A stretch of 20,000 bases of DNA from an uncultured virus (IMG/VR IMGVR_UViG_3300037247_000623) (IMGVR_UViG_3300037247_000623), one strand, 5' to 3'. Counted from the first letter of the stretch, positions 1 through 9,131 are shown. Notes: generated from the sequence alone by a model not told the origin. Made by a program: numbers and translations.

Positions 1-60
1 GGTTATAGCTGTCCCGGCGAGGGTCGTAAGAGTTTCTGGTTCTAGTAGAGGGTGAGTCAT
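1..60 (-). CDS. 5' part of a gene running off the left edge (MTHPLLEPETLTTLAGTAIT...), function unknown
   Basis: The ATG at 60..58 lies 1 nt after the TAA of the giant ORF (TAAAATG on the minus strand), and the frame is open to the window edge. This matches the tight gene coupling seen throughout the operon. Confidence 0.5.
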   Translation of the reverse strand, partial: MTHPLLEPETLTTLAGTAIT

Positions 61-61
61 T

Positions 62-3000
62 TTATTGTCCTTGTCCGTCTAGCTTTAACGTAAGAACTCT
101 AATTGCATTGGTTAAGGTTCGAACGCGCTCCTTGTATAGCATTGAGAGAAGCCTTCGCTTGTGCTCGATGGACAATTTCTTGCTCATAATTACTCGCTCT
201 CGACGAGCCCGAATCTCCGACAACTCCACTCTAATCTCAGCGAGTTTGGGTTGCATACGGTAAAGAAGTCGCTTCTCAGGATCTTTTATAGCGTAGTCGA
301 TAGCTACTTCCGGCGTCTCTGCATACTTTTTCTTCTTCCAGTCTGTAGTTTTCTTGACCTCGTTGGCCTTATCTGATACCTCGTAGAAGGCTCGCTCAAG
401 GTCCTGTACAACCTCGTCCATTGTCGAGCCTACGAAGCGCTTGGCGATCCGGCCTACTACAGGAGTCCTAGCTATTGCTTCATCTCCCTCTAGGGGTAGT
501 GGGGAGAAATCCCGGCCCATTGCCAAGTCAGCTACGTCGAGCCCCATCTGTCCCAAACCACCGAGGAAGCTTTCTATTGTGTACTGGATTTTGACAGGAG
601 ACTTATTCGTAACGTTCCCTAGCCACTTTGCAAATTCGCTAGTTGTATAGGTGTAACGTTCCCTAGCCTCTATGCCTTCCATAGCACGAGATTCGATAGG
701 AGCGCCACCTCGGAAGCCGCTTATATTGCCACCTACTTCTATAATGGTCCGAGGGAGAGGATTCAGGCTGCTCAGTGCGCCGTAGCCTAATCCTGGTCCT
801 ATTCCGTGCTTCTCCAAATCAAACTGCCCTGGGATTAGGTCAGAGATAGCCCTTAGCGCGAGTTTTCCTTTCTGCATTTGCCCCTTGCTGTGTTGTACAA
901 GTCCTTCTTGAATAGGGTTAACTAGCATTCGAACGACGTGGGGCTTAGGGATCTTAAAGTAGCGATTTCGAGTGGCTCCTGCGCTAGTTGGCTTTCTTGA
1001 GTTACGGAGGATAACCCAGTTGTGATCACGCTCTGTTTGAGAGACACGATATATCTCAGGGTTTCCCTCGTCGTCTAGGAATTGCATGTTCCATTTGTGA
1101 AGGGTTAGGGCTAGAGCCGTTACGGTAGTCATCATGGTTCCCAAGAGTTTTGGGTTAGTAGCAAGGCGAGAGATATTCCCCACCGTTCCTTGAATATTAG
1201 CGTTGAAGAACATCCAGAGGAGGTTTAATTCTCGGGAGTAAGCACCTCCGCTTGCGAAGTCTGGAGAACCTCCAAACCGCCGTGTTTCGAAGGCGGCCTC
1301 TTTGACTCCTACACCCTTCGCTCGAAGTTCTCGGTAGGTTGTCATTTTAGTCGCCTCTTCAAAGGCGCTGTTGAGTTTTTCTATCTTATCTATAGTGAAG
1401 GAGAGAGGACGGAATGGAGCACGAATTGCTCTACTAAAGGGATCTCGGGGAGCCACTTTCTCTATCCCTCCAAATAGAAACGTCTTTGGAGTAATGTTTC
1501 TTTGAAGTGTGGAGTAGGCTGCACGGCTTTCGAGGAACTCAAGGTACCGTTCATTCTTTATAACTACGCTAAAAAATGCTTCAGACCAGTCTTTAGCGAG
1601 GAGAGCTACATCTTTAGGGTTTCGGACTCGGGCTTCGGAGATCATCGCCATCCGCTGTACGTCTCGTGCTACGTTCGGGATAGCAAACGCGAGGTTAGCT
1701 TGAGTTGCGCCCAGTTGAAACCAGCGCTTAGGAATTTTAAGAAGGGTGTCTGCGATGAACCCAACATCCGTCGCATTGAGTTCATTTAGTGCCTGTGCTA
1801 GACTCTTAGGAACCGCGAAGCTTCTGACCCTACCGTTCTCGAAGTAGGAGATTTGGCCCATATTGGGTGGGGGTTGTTCCCTGAATTTTAATTCACGGAC
1901 ATCTCGACCGAAACCTTCGGGATCAATATCTCGAAGTTGGATAAGACGTTTAGCTGCACGATTTCGACCCGCTTCTCGAATTGTCTCAATGTGCTGTAAG
2001 AGGGATGTCTCTAGTGGGTCAAGATTCTCCAATGCAGATCCTTTAAACGCCCGGAGGATCTTTTGCTGACGTAACTGTAAGTTGGTATCGCCGAAGTGCC
2101 CTGCCTCCTTAGCCTTCTCTATGATTCGCCAAAGTGGAACGTACTCTTTACCAAGAGCGATACCCGTTGCGTGTGCCTCGTTACTGATAATTCCTTCTCT
2201 GTGGGCCAAGTCCCACGCCTTTCGGTTTAGCGCCCAGACAGCGTCAGCTGCCTTCTTGACCTCTGCGAACTGCTGTTTACTTAGGTTGCCCTCAATATCC
2301 TTCAGCTCTTTCGAAATCGTCATGAGGTCGTACTTCTTGGGGACGACTTCGCGCTTCTTTAGCATGGTGCCGAATTCTTTGGCTTGACGACGATACCTTG
2401 CTGCCTCCTTTCGGAATCTACCAAGTTTAGCTGCACCCTGTTTAACTGTAATCTCTCCCTCAGTAACTTGTCGCGCAACTTCGTCGTAGTTCCCCTTAGC
2501 TTCGGTTGCCAGACGAAGAGCTTCGGTACGCTTTCGCACGATGTTCGCAATCCCTCGGCGGTAGGCAAATAGATCAAGATATTGAGTGAAGTAGTCTCCG
2601 AGGCCCAACCGATTGACAACAGTTGCAGCGTTTCCATAACGAATTGCCGCCGCTTCCATAGGTCCGCCCTCTCCACCAAAGACGAGGCGGGCTTCGAGGT
2701 AGGCGGCTTCGGTCTCTGGATCGAGCTTGCGACCGATGGACTTCTCTATTGCCCTCTCTGCTATTCGTATGTTGATGAAACGGTCGTAGAATCGGCGGAC
2801 GAACGCTCTAGGAAGCATCGCCAGCCGCTCTGAGAAGCGGGCGGTAGGCCCCTTAGCGTCCTTCCGGGCCTGGAGGATTTCTTGGTAGCGCTTGGAGACT
2901 ACTGGGAGTTGCCGGTTTTGGAGTCTTGAGACGGCTTCCTTGATCTTCTCCCCGAGGTTCAGCTTACCACGGATGGTTGGCCCGAACCCTCCCATGAGGC

Positions 3001-6000
3001 GTTGGCCCTTGAGAACAGAGCGCTTCATTTCGGGGGTGATGTCTATGGCATGGACGGGGCGGGTATCCGGAAAGTTTGGTTCAGGCGGGACAGGGATTCT
3101 GATAGTCCGAACTCTAGCTCCCCACTTCTTCCCATACTTGTTCAAGTAGTTCGGGATGATGTTGTCGTAGAGTGCTCGAAGAGACTTACCTCCTACTTCG
3201 ATGCCTTTTACGTCGAGTTCTCGCCAGCCGGAACTTGCAATAGGAAGACCTTCAGCTTCAAGACCGCGAATAGGCGCTCCCTTTTTCTGTGTGATCGCTT
3301 CTGCGATTTCCTTTCCGAAGGTAGGTGCGAGATCTTCTTTAGCAAACGTGTGGTCTAGATTGGGTATAGGATTCCCTTTCAAGTCCATCGGAGTGATCTT
3401 GTATTGTCCCGGTTTGAGAGGATTCTCTTTGTACTCAATAGTGGACAGGACCTTAGCGAGATCGTACCTCGCTACTTGCTGCTTCCCAGTAGTCCAAGCC
3501 AACTTGTCGAAGCCCTTCTCTGCTGCGTAGCGGAGCATGCGCTTGAGGGAGAGTTCGTGCCAGTCTTTTAGGAAGGGGGTTGGAGGAGCATCTACAGCAA
3601 TACCGGGCCGCCGTTCTGCTTGTGCCCAATCACTCTGCATCTCCTCAACAAACAACACCCGCTTTCCCTGAACGTCCACCCGCTCATTGAAGCGGATGTG
3701 GGCTAGAATGTTGGACTCGCCCTCGAAGTGGCCTCCTCGGAAGTCGCCACCCATATCCACAAGATCTTCAGCCGTCTCGAAGCGTTCTATTAACCTCCCA
3801 TAGGTAGTGAGATCCTCTGGAGAAAGGAGCCTTTTTATTGTAGGGTTGTCAAGAATTTCTAAATCTTGAGCCTGGAATATTCTACGTCCTTCGGGATATT
3901 TCTCTCTGAGAATGTGTTCGAACTGCGTAAGTTCCCTACCAGCCGCTCTTGCCGCTTCCGCAGCCACCGCTCCCTGTGGCTCTCTCTCAGGAAGCTTCAG
4001 CAACAGCTCCTTGTAGTTTTCGCCTCCGGGGAGTTGGTACTTGGAATACTCAGGGTCTCTTCCTACTTTGGCCGACTCAATAGTACGGGCCAGCTGTGCT
4101 TCAGCTGCTTTCTTAGCGAGTAATGCGGCATGCCCAAAGCTTTGTGCTTTCTTGCCGACCAAGCCTATTAACGCATCTCCCGGTCCAGTTCCCGCTTTAT
4201 AGCTAAGCCCTTCTTCAACAATTTCAAAAGCCTCATCAGTAGGTTCTCCGCGTTCACGTAGTTCTTCTCTCACCGCGCGAATCAACTCGTTTGATATAGC
4301 ACGATATTTGGTGGAAGTTTGGTCGGAATAGGTTGTTTGCTCCCGAATTACCGTACTAAATCTAGGCTCTAACTTTCGCTGCCCTAGTTCGACCTCCTCA
4401 ATGGTAATCTGATTCTTCCTGAGCGTATCCAGAACCTCTTGCTTGGTAACAGGACGCTTCTCCTTCCTAGCTAGCGCTAGGAGGTCGTCTAAGCCACTCC
4501 ACTTGGCCTCAGCGAGCGTAACTCCCGCCTTGCGGACCAAGGCCCCTATCTGCTCAGGAGCAGCCCTGTTGGGCATCCTAGCCTCTACTACTCGCTCTAG
4601 GTGGCTATAGAAGGTCGGCCCCTTCGTAGCTAGCTCAGCTACGCGGTCCTGGAACGCCTTGAGCTTAGCCTTCTTCTCCTCTACAGCAGCAGCTCGCTTG
4701 TTGATGAACTCCTTGATGCGCTGAGGGAGCATCTCTCCGAGGGTGATAAATCCCCCCTCCCTACGTCGTTGTCCTGGCTTCTTAGCTGCGGCGAACTTCG
4801 CGTGCTCTAGCGCCCTCGGATCCTGCTGTGCCTTTAGTTCTACGTATCTGGCAAGCGCCGCTCGGAAATTGTCAGTCCAAAACTCAACTGAGACATCCAT
4901 GGGAAGGGCAGCTTGAATCTCCTTTACTGCCTTCCCGAAGCCGAGTCGCTCCATCTTCTTGACGAGAGCATCAATCCGCTTAGTACCCAGCTCCGCTCTT
5001 GAGGGCATTGGGAGCTTGATGTCAGTTACGGGCGCTTCCTCGGGCGGAATCTCTATTGGGGCTACGGCCTTCTTACGCTTAGCCTCAAGGATAGCGTTGC
5101 GGAGGTTCTGCTCGTGCTTGCCCAGGCGAGTCCCAATATCCTCTGCCTTATCAAATTGCTTCGCTACGCCACGAACCTGTTCAAGAGCTTCGGGGCCCGC
5201 CACTTCTGCCAACTCATCTTCCATTCCCTTGATGACTCGGAGGTACTCGTCTTGGATTTCCGCTCGACCCCGTACTGCAACCTTCTCTTCAGCAACCGTG
5301 CCTACTGTGAACTCTTCTTCGGGTCCACGGATACCTACCTCTCGCTTCTGTTGCCTCTCGGCCTTGCGTCGGGCGTTCGCTACTTCATTCCTAACGAATC
5401 CCCAAAACCAAGTAGTCACCTTGCCCTTGCCCTTGAAAGTCTTGGCCTTTAGCATCGCCTTACTAACAGCGAGTTCTGCAATTCCCTCGTCGATCAGGTA
5501 GTCTGATACCTTCTTCGTATAGGACTTGCGGATGACTGCCTTTGCGTAGGATAGGAACTTCTTATGAAGCGGCCCTGCGATAGTCTCATTCTTGACCTTC
5601 TCGGAAATAGCGGGGTTGCGCCACCTTGCGAAGTCTGCAGCGAGTGCTTCACTAAGCTTTCGAGTTTCCGCCTCCCTAGCCTGAGCTTGCTTACTCTTCG
5701 CCGGGACAACTTTCGCAGCTTTCCGTGGGACGAATTCATTGGGGCTTGGGATGTCGCTGACTTGGGTTACTTCTCCTGTAGTAGGAAGTCGGGCGGGCAT
5801 GGCCCCGCGAGCCTCACGAACCTCTCGGGCGTTGATGTCTGGTGCAACGGTTCCGCGCCGGGAGACAAGTCCTAACGTCCCCGCTCTTCGCTGCTCCATC
5901 ATCTCTTGGACTTCACTTATCCAACGGTCGATTACCTTACGCTCACCGGGCGTGGGTAGCCGCTTCTGTGCTGCCTTTAGGCGATGGAGTTCGGCCTGCA

Positions 6001-7174
6001 TCTTTTGAATGGTAGGGGTAGTTGTAGGGAAGGAGGGAGGAGTAAGATCGATTTTAGGGGGAGTTAGATCGACGGCTGGCGGCTTCTCTTCTGGTGGTGC
6101 TTTCGGGACAGACACCTGACTAATGTCAATAGGGGTAGGTATCTTAACCCCCTCTCGGCTTGCCGCTTCCATAGCGCGAATCGCAGGAGCAGGCACGACT
6201 TGTGGAGGAGGAATTCCAGCTTGCTCGGCCTTAAGTTCTGCCTCAAGCTGCGCCTTGGTTCTCGGCACATCGGGCCGCTCTACCTTATAACGCTCCCAAG
6301 CCGCTTTAATTCCCAACTCTCCTGCACGGGGATGAAACGCACCTCTACCGGCTAAGGTTGCAAAAGTGGCAGTAGTTGTCGCATTCGCTAATGACTGACC
6401 AAATTCTCTAGATGCTAAGGGGTTTCTACCAGCATCTATCTCCCGTCTGTAAATCTCATAAGAGTGTCCCAACTCTTTAGAGGTTGAATCAATCATAGAT
6501 GCGGAAAGTCCCGCTAGACCGAATTTTGTTATTGCAGCTGGAATCCCCAGCGTTGGAGCAACGATCAAGGCTCCGATTAGTCCTGCGTTCGTCAATGTTG
6601 TCAAACCCGCAAACACGTCCCCCCCGACTTGGGCGGTGTCGAAAACAGTGTTAAGAAACGCTTCTAAATGAGGATGTTGATTTCCGGGCAAGATAATCAT
6701 ATCCTCCTCTGCATTGTAGAAAGGCACCTTGGCCCGCATATCTCGAACGAACTTCCCTGCGGGGATGGCTGGAGTTTCAAATGCCTTCTGGAAACCTTTG
6801 CGTACTTTCTCAATCTCTCCTGGAGGTCCGAAGCGTGGCCCACCAACGGTAACAGGCACACGTCCAGCCTGCCTGATTTCAGGGAAGCCAGGGAGTCGGG
6901 TAGGTATAAGGGATGGTTTGGTTGTGGGTGCGCCCGGTTGGGCAGGTGGGCCGCTTGGGGGAGCGGGAGGGGGGATGGTAGTAGGTTGGGGGACGGGACG
7001 GAACTTCATATCCCAGAGATCCGCCTTACTCTCCTGTGGGATACCTAAATCTTTAAATGCTTTTTGAAAGTCTTCAGATGTCTTAGACGCATTATATGCA
7101 TCCCAAGCTTGCGCCTTCAGCTCACGAGGAATCGCGAGTTTTTCTAAGTAATCTTGTAGGGGCTCCTGGGGCAC
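62..7174 (-). CDS. Giant (2370 aa) polyvalent internal virion / DNA-ejection protein with an ECF-sigma-like module, a conserved EEMQSDW domain and a C-terminal LPD38-like region
   Basis: GTG start with GAGGTAAGG upstream. It is the third and largest of three genes after the tail genes, the T7 gp16 / P22 gp16-like position. C-terminal motifs DFASGG..LWMFFNANIQG, ERDHNWVI..YFKIPKP, LNPLPRTIIE, TSEFAKWLG and SPVKIQYTIESFLGGLG resemble LPD38-type phage polyvalent proteins. Pro-rich linkers and a Gly/Ala-rich hydrophobic segment lie near the N-terminus. Confidence 0.8.
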   Translation of the reverse strand: MPQEPLQDYLEKLAIPRELKAQAWDAYNASKTSEDFQKAFKDLGIPQESKADLWDMKFRPVPQPTTIPPPAPPSGPPAQPGAPTTKPSLIPTRLPGFPEIRQAGRVPVTVGGPRFGPPGEIEKVRKGFQKAFETPAIPAGKFVRDMRAKVPFYNAEEDMIILPGNQHPHLEAFLNTVFDTAQVGGDVFAGLTTLTNAGLIGALIVAPTLGIPAAITKFGLAGLSASMIDSTSKELGHSYEIYRREIDAGRNPLASREFGQSLANATTTATFATLAGRGAFHPRAGELGIKAAWERYKVERPDVPRTKAQLEAELKAEQAGIPPPQVVPAPAIRAMEAASREGVKIPTPIDISQVSVPKAPPEEKPPAVDLTPPKIDLTPPSFPTTTPTIQKMQAELHRLKAAQKRLPTPGERKVIDRWISEVQEMMEQRRAGTLGLVSRRGTVAPDINAREVREARGAMPARLPTTGEVTQVSDIPSPNEFVPRKAAKVVPAKSKQAQAREAETRKLSEALAADFARWRNPAISEKVKNETIAGPLHKKFLSYAKAVIRKSYTKKVSDYLIDEGIAELAVSKAMLKAKTFKGKGKVTTWFWGFVRNEVANARRKAERQQKREVGIRGPEEEFTVGTVAEEKVAVRGRAEIQDEYLRVIKGMEDELAEVAGPEALEQVRGVAKQFDKAEDIGTRLGKHEQNLRNAILEAKRKKAVAPIEIPPEEAPVTDIKLPMPSRAELGTKRIDALVKKMERLGFGKAVKEIQAALPMDVSVEFWTDNFRAALARYVELKAQQDPRALEHAKFAAAKKPGQRRREGGFITLGEMLPQRIKEFINKRAAAVEEKKAKLKAFQDRVAELATKGPTFYSHLERVVEARMPNRAAPEQIGALVRKAGVTLAEAKWSGLDDLLALARKEKRPVTKQEVLDTLRKNQITIEEVELGQRKLEPRFSTVIREQTTYSDQTSTKYRAISNELIRAVREELRERGEPTDEAFEIVEEGLSYKAGTGPGDALIGLVGKKAQSFGHAALLAKKAAEAQLARTIESAKVGRDPEYSKYQLPGGENYKELLLKLPEREPQGAVAAEAARAAGRELTQFEHILREKYPEGRRIFQAQDLEILDNPTIKRLLSPEDLTTYGRLIERFETAEDLVDMGGDFRGGHFEGESNILAHIRFNERVDVQGKRVLFVEEMQSDWAQAERRPGIAVDAPPTPFLKDWHELSLKRMLRYAAEKGFDKLAWTTGKQQVARYDLAKVLSTIEYKENPLKPGQYKITPMDLKGNPIPNLDHTFAKEDLAPTFGKEIAEAITQKKGAPIRGLEAEGLPIASSGWRELDVKGIEVGGKSLRALYDNIIPNYLNKYGKKWGARVRTIRIPVPPEPNFPDTRPVHAIDITPEMKRSVLKGQRLMGGFGPTIRGKLNLGEKIKEAVSRLQNRQLPVVSKRYQEILQARKDAKGPTARFSERLAMLPRAFVRRFYDRFINIRIAERAIEKSIGRKLDPETEAAYLEARLVFGGEGGPMEAAAIRYGNAATVVNRLGLGDYFTQYLDLFAYRRGIANIVRKRTEALRLATEAKGNYDEVARQVTEGEITVKQGAAKLGRFRKEAARYRRQAKEFGTMLKKREVVPKKYDLMTISKELKDIEGNLSKQQFAEVKKAADAVWALNRKAWDLAHREGIISNEAHATGIALGKEYVPLWRIIEKAKEAGHFGDTNLQLRQQKILRAFKGSALENLDPLETSLLQHIETIREAGRNRAAKRLIQLRDIDPEGFGRDVRELKFREQPPPNMGQISYFENGRVRSFAVPKSLAQALNELNATDVGFIADTLLKIPKRWFQLGATQANLAFAIPNVARDVQRMAMISEARVRNPKDVALLAKDWSEAFFSVVIKNERYLEFLESRAAYSTLQRNITPKTFLFGGIEKVAPRDPFSRAIRAPFRPLSFTIDKIEKLNSAFEEATKMTTYRELRAKGVGVKEAAFETRRFGGSPDFASGGAYSRELNLLWMFFNANIQGTVGNISRLATNPKLLGTMMTTVTALALTLHKWNMQFLDDEGNPEIYRVSQTERDHNWVILRNSRKPTSAGATRNRYFKIPKPHVVRMLVNPIQEGLVQHSKGQMQKGKLALRAISDLIPGQFDLEKHGIGPGLGYGALSSLNPLPRTIIEVGGNISGFRGGAPIESRAMEGIEARERYTYTTSEFAKWLGNVTNKSPVKIQYTIESFLGGLGQMGLDVADLAMGRDFSPLPLEGDEAIARTPVVGRIAKRFVGSTMDEVVQDLERAFYEVSDKANEVKKTTDWKKKKYAETPEVAIDYAIKDPEKRLLYRMQPKLAEIRVELSEIRARRERVIMSKKLSIEHKRRLLSMLYKERVRTLTNAIRVLTLKLDGQGQ

Positions 7175-7182
7175 GGATAACC

Positions 7183-8124
7183 TTACCTCGGTTGATCGGG
7201 TCTAAACGGATTTCCTCCGCCACCTGTACTTGGTCGTTGGAACTTAAAGTCCTCCCACGACAGGGTTCCTCCCATCCTTAGATGGACAAAATAATTCGCG
7301 CGGAGCTCTCTAAGCCGTTCAAGAGCCTCTGCCCGGTCCCCTTCATTTGCTTCGGGATTCTCCATCATATAGTCGAAGTCATCCATCTTTTCGAGAATTC
7401 CGACTTCCTTGTTGGCTAAACCCTGCTCAGTCCGAAGGAGTTCGTTACGGTCTCTGATTGGGCCTGTGATGATTTCTCGGCCTCGGGCACCCTCAAGTCC
7501 AGAGACATACGCACCTTGACCACGAAGCTGGGCTCGATAAGCTGCCTCTTCGGTCGTGTTCATAGGGCCGCGAGGAGGAGTCTCTGCCGCACGTTCCGCA
7601 TTCCTTTTCGCTATGAAACGTTCTATGTCTGTCCCGGCGGATGTCGTAGGAGGTTTGCCAGGAATACCCGGAACTTGCTGTCCTTCACCTTCTGGTGTTA
7701 CCCCAAAAACACCACCGGGTCGCTCGAAGTATTTGACAAAGGGGTCTTCGTCCTCTGGAACGTCAGGGCGACCGAGTTTCTCAGCTCGCGCAATATCCAA
7801 CCCTATTCCAGACTCTAGCTTCTGCATCTCCAATCCCTGCTTCATCATCCCCAGCGGGGCAAGAATCTTCTGCATCTGCTTGTTCTTCTTGAATCCAGGG
7901 ATGCCGAGGACAGCTTGCGCGACGTTGGAGATAGCCTCTCCGGGGGTGGAACTGGGCTTAGTCAAGGCGGCACCAAGAACAGCTCCCTCGACCATCGAGG
8001 CGATTCGTGGGTGCTTCTTTGAGAAGCGTTTCGGGAAGAGCAGGTTATCTGAGCCTTCGATGTCATTCATCCTGGTTGCTTGATCGAAGAGGGGAGCGAG
8101 CATTTCCATTAGGTCTCTGGGCAT
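7183..8124 (-). CDS. Putative ejection / internal virion protein (313 aa)
   Basis: ATG with AGAGG upstream. It is the middle gene of the three-gene ejection block, helical and rich in Gln/Met/Gly, with an N-terminal hydrophobic stretch (VEGAVLGAAL) and an 'NPF' motif near the C-terminus. Function is inferred from synteny. Confidence 0.6.
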   Translation of the reverse strand: MPRDLMEMLAPLFDQATRMNDIEGSDNLLFPKRFSKKHPRIASMVEGAVLGAALTKPSSTPGEAISNVAQAVLGIPGFKKNKQMQKILAPLGMMKQGLEMQKLESGIGLDIARAEKLGRPDVPEDEDPFVKYFERPGGVFGVTPEGEGQQVPGIPGKPPTTSAGTDIERFIAKRNAERAAETPPRGPMNTTEEAAYRAQLRGQGAYVSGLEGARGREIITGPIRDRNELLRTEQGLANKEVGILEKMDDFDYMMENPEANEGDRAEALERLRELRANYFVHLRMGGTLSWEDFKFQRPSTGGGGNPFRPDQPR

Positions 8125-8126
8125 TG

Positions 8127-8783
8127 TTATCCTCTAAAACCGGGGTAAGGTGGAGCGGGTTGTCCGCCGAAACCTCCGGGCCAACTTGCAGGGTTAGAGG
8201 TCATTTGACCGGTACCTGTGAATCCACCACCAACTGCGCCACTAGCACCGCCAGTAGCGTAATTGGCGGCTGCTCCGATAGCCGCCCCAGCGACCTGCGG
8301 TAGCCACGTTCCGAGGCCGGAAGTTGTAGTTGTTCCGCTTCCACTTTGCACGCTACTTGTCTTGGTGCCAGTCTGAAGTGGCCGGAAACTTTGTGCGTCT
8401 CTGCGTGCGCGCTCACGGGCCTGCTGTGCGTAGAGCAAAGAATTGGTAAAGCTTCCTTGTTTGAACGCACTTACAGCACGTTGATTGGAAGCTAGTATGG
8501 ATTGCTGCATGGCATTCTGAGCATTTCCAGAGAATCCACCTGCTAATTGATTCTGAAAGAGATTTTGGTTCATGCTCTGGCCGAGTCGTCCTGCTTGCTG
8601 GTTGCTTTGTTGGATAAGTTGATTGAAGTATGTCGCCTGTAAGGGATCCTTCATGTATTCCTTGAGAAGGTTGGCCACTAACGGCTGAAGACCTTTGTAA
8701 GCTTGAAAGGAGGCCGGATCGTACTGAATACTCTGTGAACCGCTAGTTAAGACATTAGTTTTTGTTTCTTGTTTAGTTGACAT
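8127..8783 (-). CDS. Putative DNA pilot / ejection protein (218 aa)
   Basis: S/T-rich N-terminus (MSTKQETKT..SGSQS), Gln-rich helical middle and Gly/Ala-rich hydrophobic C-terminus (VAGAAIGAAANYATGGASG). This architecture is typical of the first ejection gene in podoviruses. Confidence 0.65.
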   Translation of the reverse strand: MSTKQETKTNVLTSGSQSIQYDPASFQAYKGLQPLVANLLKEYMKDPLQATYFNQLIQQSNQQAGRLGQSMNQNLFQNQLAGGFSGNAQNAMQQSILASNQRAVSAFKQGSFTNSLLYAQQARERARRDAQSFRPLQTGTKTSSVQSGSGTTTTSGLGTWLPQVAGAAIGAAANYATGGASGAVGGGFTGTGQMTSNPASWPGGFGGQPAPPYPGFRG

Positions 8784-9131
8784 CTATAGTACCTTCTTAA
8801 AGCGCCGCTCGGGGCCTTTGGATATTGTCTCCGCCCCCCACTTTTCTGCTGTCGTTCGCCACTCCGCATCCTCCTCAAGTATGTTGAAGTAATACTCTGG
8901 AACTCCCATCATTCGTAAGGCAGTTTCAATTCCAAATAGGAACATCATCTTCTTCTGCTTCGGGGTTTTTTCTTCAAAGATAACTGGGTCTACCTCAGTG
9001 ACGGTCTTGATAACTGCGAACTCTGTAGTAGCGCCGGGGAAGGCAACTACGGTAGAGGCGTTGTTGAGATTCGCGCCGTCCTTGATATTCTCAATCTCTT
9101 CTGGAGTTGCTAGTCGGATTGCTGGAATCAA
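8784..9131 (-). CDS. Small protein, possibly degenerate GNAT fold (T7 gp13 / P22 gp14-like position)
   Basis: TTG start with AAAGGGAG SD. The N-terminal IRLATPEE and the pattern IETALRMMGVPEYYFNI...AEKWGA resemble GNAT elements. It sits immediately before the ejection genes. Confidence 0.5.
   Translation of the reverse strand: MIPAIRLATPEEIENIKDGANLNNASTVVAFPGATTEFAVIKTVTEVDPVIFEEKTPKQKKMMFLFGIETALRMMGVPEYYFNILEEDAEWRTTAEKWGAETISKGPERRFKKVL

Noticed and set aside
62..7174. Virion RNA polymerase (N4 gp50 or crAss-like) or tape-measure protein
   Set aside because: No polymerase catalytic motifs are visible, there are no long-tail genes in the window, and the gene context is podoviral.
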